NCBI RefSeq assembly: GCF_001194135.2
Contig: NC_068983.1
Coordinates: 146,573,834 to 146,637,833, forward strand
DNA length: 64,000 nt
Direction of reading: 5' to 3'
DNA from: Octopus bimaculoides
Lineage: Eukaryota
The notes beneath the pieces are model-generated. The model worked only from the letters and a program-made list of their open reading frames with translations. It was not told the origin of the DNA and did no database searches. Position 1 is the first letter of the stretch. Each line of letters starts with the position of its first letter. Below are positions 52,240 through 64,000 of this stretch, piece after piece. The translations under genes and the position numbers were made by a program.

Positions 52240-53460
52240 GTATGTATGTGCACATGCAGTTCTTCGTTGGAAATGTGATGGCGCCATCTGATGTCCTTGA
52301 TGGTTCTCGGGACTTTGCTATCGAAGTCATTGATCCTCTTTGCTAGAGTCTTTGTGAGGTGCCACATTTCTGATCCATAGAGGAGAACGGAGAGGACTAA
52401 CATGTTCTTGATGTGGAGCTTCATCTTGTGGGAGCTGTGGTGCCAAAGGGGCTTCCATAGGGAGTATATGACCCCAGTGGTCAGACTGCATCTGTAGTTG
52501 ATCTCTGTGGAATCAGGTCTCCATTGTTGGTGACTGTGGATCCCAGGGAGATGAAAGAGTTGACAAACTTCATGATGTCAGGGCCAATATGGAGAGGAGG
52601 AGGGTCCAAGCCATTGTCAACATGTATCAACATTGTCTTCACATAACTCATCTGTTAGCCCTGTCTAACTCTGTTGTTAATGGGGAACCAGTCAGAGTCC
52701 TCCCCATTCACCTGAATGCAGCTCTTGGCACTGTTCTAGAGTTGTTGGAACATGACAGCAATCTTGGAAGGAACGTGGACAAACTGAAGAATTTTCCAGA
52801 GGGATGCATGGTCGACCACTTTATATCTGCTTTGAGGTTGACGAAGGCAATGCAGAGGTGGCACTCTTTGCAGAACTTCCAAGATATTTCAGTAATGAGG
52901 TGAAGGGAAAAAATATGGTCAGTGGTGGATAAATTTAGCATGAATCTGACTTGATATGAGTGGCATCTGCTTCTAATGGTGGGAAGAGCATGGTCGAAGA
53001 AGATCCTGGCGAATATCTTGCTTGGGATGGAGAGGAAAGTGATGCCTCTCTGAATGCTGCAGATGAATTTGTCACTCTTCCATTCCCAGAAGGCAGGAAT
53101 GATGCTCCGGATCCAATCATTTAGGAGCTACTCTGACACCCAAACATGGTTGATGATGTGAGTGAGCTACTAGATTATGTTTTCTCCTCCTGCTTTCAAC
53201 ATCTCCATGGTGATAGTGAAGACTCCAGGGATTTTGCAGTTGTTGAGCTTCTTGAGGCAGCACTAACTTTGTCAGGGGCGACAGCATTGAGTCTGTAAGT
53301 GTCCTTGGTTGTGGCTGTGTCTGCATTGATGGTTTGGGACTGATTGTGATAGGTGGGTGATGAAGAGGTAGGTTGAAGTGCTCCTTCCAGCATTCAAGGT
53401 AGGCAATTTCTGTGGTGATGACATTGCCATTGGTATCCACCAGGGCTAGAATGGTGTGAC
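52240..53460 (-). mobile_element. RTE (BovB-like) LINE RT remnant
   Basis: STTDHIFSL, CIAFVNLKA, VLSVLLYGSEMW, ISNEEL. Confidence 0.8.
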
Positions 53461-53602
53461 CAGGTCCTGTATACTCATTATGTATACACCCACTGATAAA
53501 CAACAACAACTCTTCGTATGTGCATTAAAATTAGAAGTCCATTACAAATTACTTAATTCTTTCTTTAATACAAGTTGCATAAGAGAATAGTAAATTACTC
53601 AC

Positions 53603-53736
53603 ATAACAGGATGGTTGATAGAATTCTTTGTTATTGCTACATAATACAGCCTCTGTGATAAAATTGTAATGCTTTTTGCATGAATGATATTCTAACATCT
53701 CAGTTTTGGCTTCTTGTAAAATTGATACTCTTTCAC
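53603..53736 (-). CDS. S1 serine protease, internal exon
   Basis: TTTTCAG acceptor, GTGAGT donor, phases 1/0; (R)ERVSILQEAKTEMLEYHSCKKHYNFITEAVLCSNNKEFYQPSCY joins the neighbouring exons in frame. Confidence 0.92.
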
Positions 53737-54326
53737 CTGAAAATTAAGCAAAAACAGAAAGAAAGACAATTACTTTAATATTATAAAGTTAACTTATTTA
53801 ATTGTTCAAGACAAAGAAAACTGAAAGAAAATGATAATATGTTTCTGTAATTCTTGATGCAATTAAAATTTAAATGCTGCAAAATAAATTTGTACAAACT
53901 CAGCCACAAATTTATTTTATAATATGCATCCTCACAAAGCACATTTGCATACAACATTATTCCAAAGTATATTTGTAGATGATATATTTTACATGGGAGT
54001 TGCAAATACTGGGAAATACTGTAAAATAATTTTGAAGAGTATATCAAAACAGAAGACTGGAAAATTTTTGGCATTATTTATTCTGCATTACAAATGTTTC
54101 ATTAAATTTCTTCTAATAACATGCGATCCACCTTGAACAATAGCAGCCCAGTTTGCAGTAGCCACCTTGGACTTCTTGGACCTCTCCATTTGGCCAACTG
54201 AGCCTGATAAGCTATGTTTCTGTAAGAAGCCGAGAAAACTTTGTGTCTCATGTAGTCTAATCAAACTGTTTTAGATAACAATGTATGTAACTCCTACTAA
54301 ATATGTAGAGTGCTTCTTTCTTTTGT

Positions 54327-54770
54327 TTGTTCACCCACTGTACAAGTGCTCCAGATTCTGTTGAGTTCGATCCACAAATGTCTGATAAACAGTTTGCAAT
54401 GGAGAGACAACTGCTGTTGTGCTCATTGAAAAACATACAGATACTACCAAAGAAACGTTATTTAACATGTCTCATGGAGGAGACCAAAAGTGACATCAAG
54501 TTTATGCACTGGGCTGCCTTCTCCTTTGAGAATCTATCCACCACTACACCCACAGACAAGTTCAGCTTTAAATCCCGAAAGTGCCCTCCCCAGATAAAAG
54601 GCCTTGAGTGCTTCAAAGCTGACTTATGGAACACTGTGAAGAAGGAAAGGCTTTGGTATCATTCTAACCCCTTCTTCAAACCTTTAAATAACTATTTGGC
54701 AAAATTAAGCAATTGCTCAATGTACACATCCTCACAGGCAAAATAAAGATATTTACCAAGCGTGATATTT
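54327..54770 (+). mobile_element. Penelope-like element, N-terminal fragment
   Basis: CSLKNIQILPKKRYL...MHWAAFSF...FSFKSRKCPPQI..LECF..DL; assignment from recalled motifs. Confidence 0.55.
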
Positions 54771-54773
54771 ACG

Positions 54774-54810
<37 letters not shown>

Positions 54811-55298
54811 GTCTATATAAATATTATAGGGCTGATTTAGTTTTTAAGTCTCAAACCTATTTACAAGGCTTTGGTCAATCTGAGGTTATAGAAGAAGATA
54901 TTTGATGCAAGGTGTTGTACAGTGGGACTGAACTCAAAACCATTTGGTTGCAAAGTGACATGTAATTGGCTTCTGCACAATTCCATCTTCCAAATTCACT
55001 CATCATAGATCAGTAAGAGACACTTGTCCAAGGTACCATGCAGTGAGAGTGATCCTGAAGTCATGTGGTCATATGGCAAACTGCAAAACCAGACAGCTAT
55101 GCCTGTGCTTACAAACACATGCACACACATACACATACAATACATGCAAACTTACACATACACATATGCCACAACATATGCACACACGTGCACACACATG
55201 CATAAAATATACATGCTCATAAGACACACAGGCACATACACACCAACATGTGAAATAATTGGATAATGAAATATTTTAAATAGAAATTATTTCCTTAC

Positions 55299-55549
55299 GA
55301 TTTTCATTTTGACCCCAACCAGTAATATAGTAGTCTCTTTCTAAGGGAGCAGGGTTTTCTGGAAGACAAATTGGTTGCACATCATCTGTCAATGTAATTC
55401 CGCTTTTCACATAAAGAAGTGCTATGTCATAACCATATCTGTAGCTCTCATAGTCCTGGTGTACCAATACTTGAGTCACTTTATAAAGTGTTCCTTTACC
55501 CTTGTTTATGGATCCAACTCTAACATAATATGAGTTATAGCTGTTGCCA
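55299..55549 (-). CDS. S1 serine protease, internal exon (catalytic Asp)
   Basis: TTTTATAG acceptor, GTAAGG donor, phases 2/1; GNSYNSYYVRVGS...YDIALL...VQPICLP...YYITGWGQNEN. Confidence 0.95.
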
Positions 55550-55574
55550 CTATAAAAGAAAGAAAAACAATGTT

Positions 55575-55576
55575 GT

Positions 55577-55610
<34 letters not shown>

Positions 55611-55680
55611 GCAGCAGCAGCAGTAGCAGCAGCAGTAGCACCAGTAGCAACAGCAGCAACAACAACAACAGCAGCTGCCA
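55575..55680. repeat. Compound (CAA)n(CAG)n trinucleotide repeat in a protease intron
   Basis: Seen directly. Confidence 0.95.
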
Positions 55681-56849
55681 AGAACAAAGGATCACAGTGA
55701 ATAACAAACATCATTGACATATGACAGCAAGATAGCTGCCCGGGAAGATAGATGAAATCTGAAACCATCAAGGAGCAGGAGTTAAGATTCTACAAAATCA
55801 ATGAAAGAAAAGTATGTTTGAATGTAAGTCATCTCAGGAAACTGAAAGATTTTCCTTCATATATGAAGTATATACATAATAACTTCTCTCAGATGTGCTG
55901 CAACAGCAAAATGTGCATGAAAATGTGAACAGTTCACATATGTTGAAGTCCATGTGTTTGCATTTCCCCGTGAACATGTGAACTGCTATACCAAAACTGC
56001 GAAACTGAGAAAATTTTTAATCCCATATGCATATCTACAAATTCTTTATAAATATGAAGATTGTTGTTTCTTGGTTTCTTGCTTATATATCAATGGATAT
56101 AATGTTTATACAACCCACACACGGACGTGTACTAAACAAACACTGAATGCGTGGAATTTAAATGACTTTAATAAAAGAAGCAACAGGCTTCGTTCTTTCT
56201 AAACAGTGGAACGATAATGATCGATGTCCGGTGATAAAGTTATAAATAAGGAATAAAGAATAAAAGTGAAAAGAATAATGGTGAATTTCATCCTGTGAGT
56301 CTCGGGCAACTGCGATATGAAAGAAGCTTTGACGCACGTTCAGAAGCAGTGTTCTCTCAAAAAGTTAATGCCATAAATACAGATCTATATCTTAATGTCA
56401 CTAGCAAAATGAATAACAAAACGAAAAAAAAAACAAAATAAAACAAAGAATGATGAACTGATGATGATGACTACAATGAAGGGATACATGCACACTACAA
56501 TGGAACACTATACCCAAAACAAAAGGAATAAACTCAAAAAGTAATACCCAATAAAATGAACAACACTAACAACATGAGCCACACAGGTTCAATACCCAGA
56601 AGAAGAGGACAACTTGCATTACACACACAGCACACAGTACAAACACTAATACAACAGAAGACTCAAACCAAACCCCCATAACAAAACGTTCTACTACAAT
56701 AGAATATTCCCCATATGACTGAAAAAAAAAAATGTTGCAGGCACAAAAGTGTTGCAAGTGATGCAACTGAAACTTACTTGAAACTATCAGATGTCGAATA
56801 ATAATAGTAGTGATGACAATGATGATGAACATTACTTTACCTCAATTTA

Positions 56850-58510
56850 AGAGAGACATGTGTTTGCAGAGAAACTCTGGTGGTAACAATGAAAATGTGG
56901 CTGGACCTTTAAAGAAAGGCCTCTGGCTCAGCAGTGGTTCAGTGCAGAGGCAGACTGACCAAAATAATAATAGTAGATATGACCAGGAAAGTAGATTCTG
57001 TTATCAGTAGGATAGACACTAAAAATATAGGTGACACTAACTTATTGATCTCTTCAGGAAGAGGAGAAGTAGTTACTAGAAGATTAGATACTCTTCAAGA
57101 AAAGATTAGGAAGGAGTAAATGTGGAAAAGGAGATTAGAAAATAAAGTGAAGCTTTTAAGACAAGATCTGAGTAGATGCCTGGAAACTGAACAAGTTAGG
57201 AAACACAAGATCTAAATCTTCTCTTGAGAAAAAAAGGGTTTGGAATAGTCATAGAAGAGTTGAAACAGCATATGATAGAAATCATAGGTAATCTTTCCAG
57301 ATATCAGAAAAGAATAGATCAACATCAGCACATCAGATTCTTTGAGATAGACCAGAGAATATTTTATAACCTAATAAAAAGTGTAGAAGAAAATACTGAA
57401 GATGAGAAGCCTAATGCAGAAAACACTAGAAGTTTCTGGAATGATATTTGAGATAAGGCATAATGGATATGCAGCATGGTTAAAGAAAGTAAGGGAAGAA
57501 GTAGCTAGCTAGAAGCAACCGGATCTAAAACTAACTGGTGCATTACTGAATAAAGTGCTAGCAAGAATACTGAGTTGGAAGAGACTTGGGGTACTGGTTA
57601 AAGAAACTTAGTAGGGAACAACTTCAGGATTACGTGAATGGAGGAGTCATCCCTAATTGGATGACTTGAGGGAGAACAGTACTCATTATGAAAAACAAGA
57701 GCAAGAGTAATATAGCAAGTAATTATAGACCAATCAATCACTTGTTTATCATTAGTGTGGAAGCTGTTAACAGGAATACTCTGAAAAAGCTTTTAAGAGC
57801 ACCTCAACAGCCAGAATTTACTACCAGAAGAGCAGAAAGGTGGCAGAAAGAAGGCTAGAGAAATGCATGATCTATTATACATAGATAAAGCAGTTCTAAA
57901 AGAAGTGAAATGTAGAAAGAAAAATTTAACAATAGCATGGATAGATTATAAGAAAGCCAATGACACAATTCCACACTCATGCATAAGCGAATGTTTGAGT
58001 ATATTCAGTATTGCAGATAATATAAGAGAGTTAATTAGCTATAGCATGAAGAAATGGAAAGTAGATCTCAACTCAGGTATTCCTCAATACAAATTGAAAG
58101 CTCTTCAACAAAGATATAGGTATGGAATTTGGCATAGATAAGTGTGCAATATTAGTCATAACAAGAGACAGGTAGTCAGCAGTGAAGGCATCCAATTATT
58201 AGATGACCAGTCAATAAAATCACAGAAAAAAAGAGAGAGAGTTATAAGTATCTAGATGTATTAGAATCTGACAAAGTACTGATTATAGAAATGAGAATGA
58301 AAATTGAGAAGGAGTATATCAGAAGGGTGAGGAATCTAGTGTAGTCTCTAAATACTTGAGCAATATCATTATTTAGATATTTAGTAGCTTTTGTACATTG
58401 GACAAAACCTGAATAAGAAAATCAAAACAAGAGAACTTGGAAGGAATTTAATATGAATGGAGGATTCACTCAAGAGCAAGAGTGATTGTAACATATATGC
58501 AGATTAAAAA
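56850..58510 (+). mobile_element. Decayed R4/Dong-like LINE
   Basis: LLPEEQKG..K...HDLLYIDKAVLKEVK.RKKNLTIAWIDYKKA..IPHSCI; flanked by AAT/GAT-type repeats. Confidence 0.75.
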
Positions 58511-58989
58511 CTAAATAATAATAATAGTAGTAGTAGTAGTAGCAGCAGCAGCAGCAGCAGTAATAATTGATTCAGTACCAGGCAGTGGCTCTAATGGCTT
58601 CTAAACTTAACTGATTGGAAGTGATATCATGTACATTGTTTTGTCTTGGTGTAACATATGGTCTATGGGCTACAGTAAATATTCTGCTCAATACCACAGA
58701 TCTGCTTGTGAGTTGTTTGACCATACCCAGTTGAGAATGTCCCTTGGTGGCAGATGATGTGTGCATCTCTAATCATGAGCAGAAGCAGTGGGGGAGCATC
58801 ATAGCCATGTGCTGAGACGAATTCTTTGGGGTTTGGATAATTCACCTTTGGAAACATGGGTGTGTCATTCAACATCCTTAAACAGCCCTTATTCAGAGAC
58901 CTTTTGAGTGAGATGGGCTTATTGATCTGAAGTAAATTCTAACTGGGCTCCACCTGCAAGGTAATGTGCTGTTTATCTTGATATGAGAT

Positions 58990-59530
58990 CACTATGTTGT
59001 ACATATATGGTTGTGATGCATGTATCTGGTGTACCCTTATCAGACAGGTAGTCATGATGGGTATACTGGGCTTCATGTTTCATGTTTCACTGCCATGTAG
59101 CATGGCTGTTCATACACATACGTCATACAGTCTACCTTTTACTCTGAGCGAGAGGCTGTTTGTCACCAGCAGAGATAAGATCTCTCTGAACTTTGCCCAG
59201 GCTATTCTTATTCTAGCAGCTACACTTTCAGCGCACCCTCCCCCACTACTAACTTGGTCACCTAGTTAACGGAAGTTATCAACTATGTCTAGTTTTTCTC
59301 CCTGGAATGTGGCAGAAGTTGTTTTCTGCACATTTTCAGTGTTTATTGCTCCTGAACATCTGCCACATACAAAGACTAACTTCCTAGTTAGCCTTCCTTT
59401 GGTATTGCTGCACCTCTTGTGTGTCCATAGCTTACACTGGGTACATCTTATAGAGTTTCTATCTATGTCTTTTCTACATATCGAGCAGGGCCATCTACCT
59501 GAAGGAGTTTGTGTTTTATCTACCTTCCTA
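58990..59530 (-). mobile_element. RTE LINE fragment
   Basis: WPCSICRKDIDRNSIRCTQCKLWTHKRC, KLDIVDNFR; homologous to 10800-11100 and 11640-12030. Confidence 0.8.
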
Positions 59531-59550
59531 CTCGAGCAGGGCCATCTACC

Positions 59551-59581
<31 letters not shown>

Positions 59582-59584
<3 letters not shown>

Positions 59585-59730
59585 TCGAAAAATACCTTAG
59601 GAATGAGAACCCAGATTTGAAAATCTCCCCAAGACACCTGATGAAGGCTGGAGGGTATATCAGCTGAAACATTGTGTTAACAAACAAGATGAGGACAAAT
59701 ATCCATCAAACGTAAATAATGTAAATTATT
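59582..59730 (+). mobile_element. Penelope-type terminal repeat fragment after (AAT)n
   Basis: CCTGATGAAGGCTGGAGGGTATATCAGCTGAAAC motif. Confidence 0.45.
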
Positions 59731-60009
59731 TATTCACATTGTTTTGAATTAATCATGCTTTATTTTGTAGTATTAAAATTTCAATGATGTGATTGTTTAT
59801 TTTTACAATGCCATTGTAGGGAAGGTGAGAGAGCCTTGGATGGGCCAGTTTGAACATAAAACAAGTAGAATATTTTCACCGGCTTAAATGCTAAAGGGTT
59901 AAATAAATAAATAAGTGTCCTTATGGGAATGAAGCAGTTTGATCAGAATACAAAATATACCTATATTGCTTACATATACATATGAGATTAATATACTGAA
60001 AGTACTTAC

Positions 60010-60178
60010 TCTACACAGTGAGCTGCAGTAAGCACATATTTTTTGCTGATCAATGAGGCAGTGCAAACAAAACTGGATCCTCTGAGTAACACCACAACCC
60101 ATGGATATTCACCATCTAAAGCATTATGTCCATTCTGAACGTTAGGTTCAAACAAATCTCGTTTTCGAGTACCACAAA
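60010..60178 (-). CDS. S1 serine protease, exon with activation region and catalytic His; upstream exon(s) not found
   Basis: TTTTCAG acceptor, GTAAGT donor, phases 1/2; CGTRKRDLFEPNVQNGHNALDGEYPWVVVLLRGSSFVCTASLISKKYVLTAAHCV(D). Confidence 0.95.
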
Positions 60179-61229
60179 CTGAAAACACACAAAAATATAA
60201 TTAAAACAAAGATCAAAATTAAGACAATAACTTAAACCCAGAAAAAACTTTTGATTAACAAAACAAAGACTATCAATTGAAAACAAATGCTTCNNNNNNN
60301 NNNATTAGAATGAAAATTCAAGTTAGATTCCATGTCTTACATCAAGGTTCTTAACATTAAACTGAACTAGTATTTGTTTCCTGAGTAACTTTGACAAGGG
60401 TGTAGTCTAAATCTAATTACAAATTTTATATGCTTGGCCAAACATCTTATCTATTCAACTGTAATAAATCAATCTCTATATCATATAATATACTTTTCAG
60501 ACTACATTCTACTATCAACTAAAAACAATCCACTTATTGATGAGCTGTTAATTATCACTGATCCACTGTATTCTGTTTCTTCTGAGGTACTGCACTGGTC
60601 ATTGTTCTACATCTGCAACTTATTGTCTACACTTAAAGTAACCTTTCTCTATAACACTTTTCTGTCTAAGCTTCACTAACTCTACAAAAATGCTTTGTCA
60701 TAAACTTTTCTTCTCAGAATTATAATATATTTAGGACTTTTATATTTCCTTACATTTTCTACCCCAACCACAAAACTTTCTAGATCAAGTGTCTATGCAT
60801 GTTTTTGCATTCTATATGGATAGATGAATTGGGTTTAACATGGTGGTTCTTAAATGGCATGCTGTAACACTAGTATGTAACAAGAAGTAGTTAGGTACTC
60901 CACAGACTTTTAAAAATATAATTCAAAGTTGAAAAATCTTATTGTTGTATGAATATATTAAAAAACGAAAAATTCAGATTTTGCATATTTATCATGTATG
61001 AACATAGGCATAATCACACTAAATACCAAACAGTATTAGATTAATTTACTACACAAAGTGATAGAAGATGGGTAGGAGCTAGAAAATCTTTCTCACTCTC
61101 TCCCCACCCCCATGAAAAGTAAATTAACCTTATGTACATACAAAAGGTGTTCATTAAAGATTTCCCCTGACCCACTTCTGGTTATTGCAGGAAATGGAAC
61201 TTGTAGAGGTATAATCATACATGTCTCTA

Positions 61230-62058
61230 CATGTCACATTGTAAATTGCAACTTTCCACTAGTATTTGTTCGTCTTTTACGGCTGCTGAAGTGGATCAAG
61301 GTGTTACAATGGAGGCAGTTGAATGCAGATCAGTTGTGTGGTTCTTATACTTGAAAGGTTGTACACCAAAAGAGACCTTCAATGAGATGAAAGAAGTTTA
61401 TGGTGACGATGCATCATCATATGATGTAGTCAAGCACTAGCATTGCCAGTTCAAATGTGACCAGACATTGGTGAAAACTGTTCCTATTCCTGGATGACCA
61501 CATTCTGTTATTGATGACAACACCATCTATAAAGTGGAAGCTGCAATTTTGGAGGATCACTACCTAACTATTTCGTAACTAGCCCAAGAAGGGAAGATAA
61601 GTGTAGGGGCTGTGGAAAAAAAATCATTCACGACCATTTGCACATGCAGAAGTTGTCTACACAATAGATTCTCCGGATGCTCACACCTTTTCAGAAGCAG
61701 GAATGAGTCAATTGCTCCCAGGCTCCTTTGGCAAGAAAAACAATATCCCAGTTCATAATGTGCATGTTACCCAGATGAAAGCACACTTCTGCAGCTATGA
61801 AATCCTTCCTCATCCCCCTTACACTCCCGACCTTGCACTATTTTTTACTTCCACCTCTTTCCAACCATAAAGTCTTTTTTGAAGGAGAAGCACTTTTCAG
61901 ATGATGAACTTATTTCCGAGGTAAAGTCTTGGCTCCAGACTCAACCTACTGACTTCTACAAACAAGTTCTTCACAGCTGCATAAAACAATGAGAGAAGTG
62001 TGTCACCATTGCTCGTGGCTATGTAGAGAAGGACTAATAATTATACCAATTTTTGTTT
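61230..62058 (+). mobile_element. Decayed mariner-like element
   Basis: MEAVECRSVVWFLYLKGCTPKETFNEMKEVYGDDASSYDVVK, HPPYTPDLA...FHLFP. Confidence 0.8.
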
Positions 62059-63119
62059 NNNNNNNNNNNNNNNNNNNNNNNNNNNNNNNNNNNNNNNNNN
62101 NNNNNNNNNNNNNNNNNNNNNNNNNNNNNNNNNNNNNNNNNNNNNNNNNNNNNNNNNNNNNNNNNNNNNNNNNNNNNNNNNNNNNNNNNNNNNNNNNNNN
62201 NNNNNNNNNNNNNNNNNNNNNNNNNNNNNNNNNNNNNNNNNNNNNNNNNNNNNNNNNNNNNNNNNNNNNNNNNNNNNNNNNNNNNNNNNNNNNNNNNNNN
62301 NNNNNNNNNNNNNNNNNNNNNNNNNNNNNNNNNNNNNNNNNNNNNNNNNNNNNNNNNNNNNNNNNNNNNNNNNNNNNNNNNNNNNNNNNNNNNNNNNNNN
62401 NNNNNNNNNNNNNNNNNNNNNNNNNNNNNNNNNNNNNNNNNNNNNNNNNNNNNNNNNNNNNNNNNNNNNNNNNNNNNNNNNNNNNNNNNNNNNNNNNNNN
62501 NNNNNNNNNNNNNNNNNNNNNNNNNNNNNNNNNNNNNNNNNNNNNNNNNNNNNNNNNNNNNNNNNNNNNNNNNNNNNNNNNNNNNNNNNNNNNNNNNNNN
62601 NNNNNNNNNNNNNNNNNNNNNNNNNNNNNNNNNNNNNNNNNNNNNNNNNNNNNNNNNNNNNNNNNNNNNNNNNNNNNNNNNNNNNNNNNNNNNNNNNNNN
62701 NNNNNNNNNNNNNNNNNNNNNNNNNNNNNNNNNNNNNNNNNNNNNNNNNNNNNNNNNNNNNNNNNNNNNNNNNNNNNNNNNNNNNNNNNNNNNNNNNNNN
62801 NNNNNNNNNNNNNNNNNNNNNNNNNNNNNNNNNNNNNNNNNNNNNNNNNNNNNNNNNNNNNNNNNNNNNNNNNNNNNNNNNNNNNNNNNNNNNNNNNNNN
62901 NNNNNNNNNNNNNNNNNNNNNNNNNNNNNNNNNNNNNNNNNNNNNNNNNNNNNNNNNNNNNNNNNNNNNTCTCTCTACTGGTTTCTTCTTTCTCTGTCCC
63001 TCATCCATTTATTGTTTTTGTCTTTCTGCTCTCATTGTGTTTTAACTTCTTTTTACTTACATAATAATAAATTGTTCAACCGTCAGATTTATATTAATAT
63101 TTGAAGGTTAGAATCTTTT

Positions 63120-63330
63120 TCTTTGTTTTCTTTTGTTTGTTTCAGTCATCAGACTGTGGCAATGTTGGGGCATTGCCCTGAAGAACTTTAGTCAAACTAA
63201 TCATCCCCAGTACATAGTTATTTAAGCATGGTTCTCCTATCAGTCTCTGATGCCAAACCACTAAGTTATGGGTACATAAGGACACCAGCACTAGTTGTCA
63301 AGTAGTGGTGGGTGACAAATACAGACACCC
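63120..63330 (-). mobile_element. tRNA-derived SINE fragment
   Basis: Similar to 4135-4330. Confidence 0.55.
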
Positions 63331-63356
63331 CCCGCCACACACAAACACCCACACAC

Positions 63357-64000
63357 ACAGAGTCCGATGGTAAATTGTCACCATTTTATATTATTAGTTT
63401 TATGCATGCACATTGTTTGTTCTTGATTTTGTTGACTACACAATATAGTAGGATCAGCTGGACACCGTCTGTGAGAAAAACAGTACCATGATGCAATTCA
63501 CTCTGCCAGAAATCTGGAAATGACATGCTGTACTGCTTGGCATTCACACCAGAAGCTCCAATATGAACATTTCAGAGTGTTTAGGTGTCAATCTGAGTGT
63601 TTGCTGTGTCCCCAAAACATGTACCAACAGTGATAAAAATCAAACATCCAGTCAACATCACAACCTCAGACTCAACATGAAGGCCTATATCAAATGGCTG
63701 GAGGAAGTAGTGTTGCCTTAGGTCAAGAGGGTGGCTGCAGGAAGACCCTACGGCTGGCAACAGGACTCTGCACCATGCTACACAAGCTGGAGAACCTAGT
63801 CATGGCTGTCAGGCAATTTCTTCAACATCCTCATCCACCCCACCCCAGATGTTAATCTGGCCACCTAACTCCTCAGACTGGAACCCCTTGATTATTATGT
63901 GTGGGTACAGTTGAGCAAGAGACCAACAAATTTCCTTGTAAAACCAAAGATGAACTGAAGGCAAGGATTATGGCAGTATTCCCCAATATAAACAAGGAGA
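63357..64000 (+). mobile_element. Tc1/maT-like DNA transposon remnant running off the window
   Basis: WQQDSAPCYTS, WPPNSSDWNPLDYY. Confidence 0.7.

Noticed and set aside
54100-54260. Possible missing protease exon after a CTTACAG acceptor
   Set aside because: No frame fits an S1 domain; 53603-53736 supplies the correct segment with matching phases
55550-55707. Poly-Leu signal peptide in frame with the protease exon
   Set aside because: It is the intronic CTG/TTG repeat; the acceptor at 55550 joins the 60010 donor in frame and is needed to include the catalytic His
58515-58570. AAT-AGT-AGC graded repeat as a coding polyS/polyQ tract
   Set aside because: It is a stepwise-mutated LINE tail with no splice or ORF context
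60300-61230. Upstream exon or signal peptide of the protease
   Set aside because: The GTAAG donors examined (~60335, ~60750) have in-frame stops in the required phase; the exon may lie in a gap or outside the window

Overview
Repeat-dense, gapped eukaryotic genomic DNA. The tRNA-SINE, RTE, R4/Dong, Penelope and mariner repertoire resembles octopus/coleoid cephalopod DNA; the species is inferred, not shown. Two host genes are supported, both on the minus strand. One is a multi-exon S1 (chymotrypsin-family) serine protease: four exons at 60178-47739 splice in frame with an intact His/Asp/Ser triad, an atypical activation site (PN|VQNG) and an atypical S1 pocket (Pro189); its 5' exons were not found. 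The other is the first coding exon of a probable universal stress protein (5653-5758). The rest is transposon debris and simple repeats. The main structural result is a nested 21.4-kb locus. A Gypsy LTR element (22834-44240, TSD AGTG/AGTT) has its 5' LTR split after base 20 by a ~15-kb block. That block is an L1/Tx1-like ORF1 5' half fused to a ~14-kb CpG-rich TTCG/CGTA compound satellite. The satellite shows ~1.33-1.35 kb higher-order periodicity and switches strand at a self-complementary junction (34195-34204). The same Gypsy also carries a non-autonomous LTR element in its protease gene, and a relative of that element interrupts an R4/Dong LINE at 15890. No CRISPR, rRNA or true tRNA genes were found. 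Most long ORFs in the track are artefacts of stop-free repeats or N runs.
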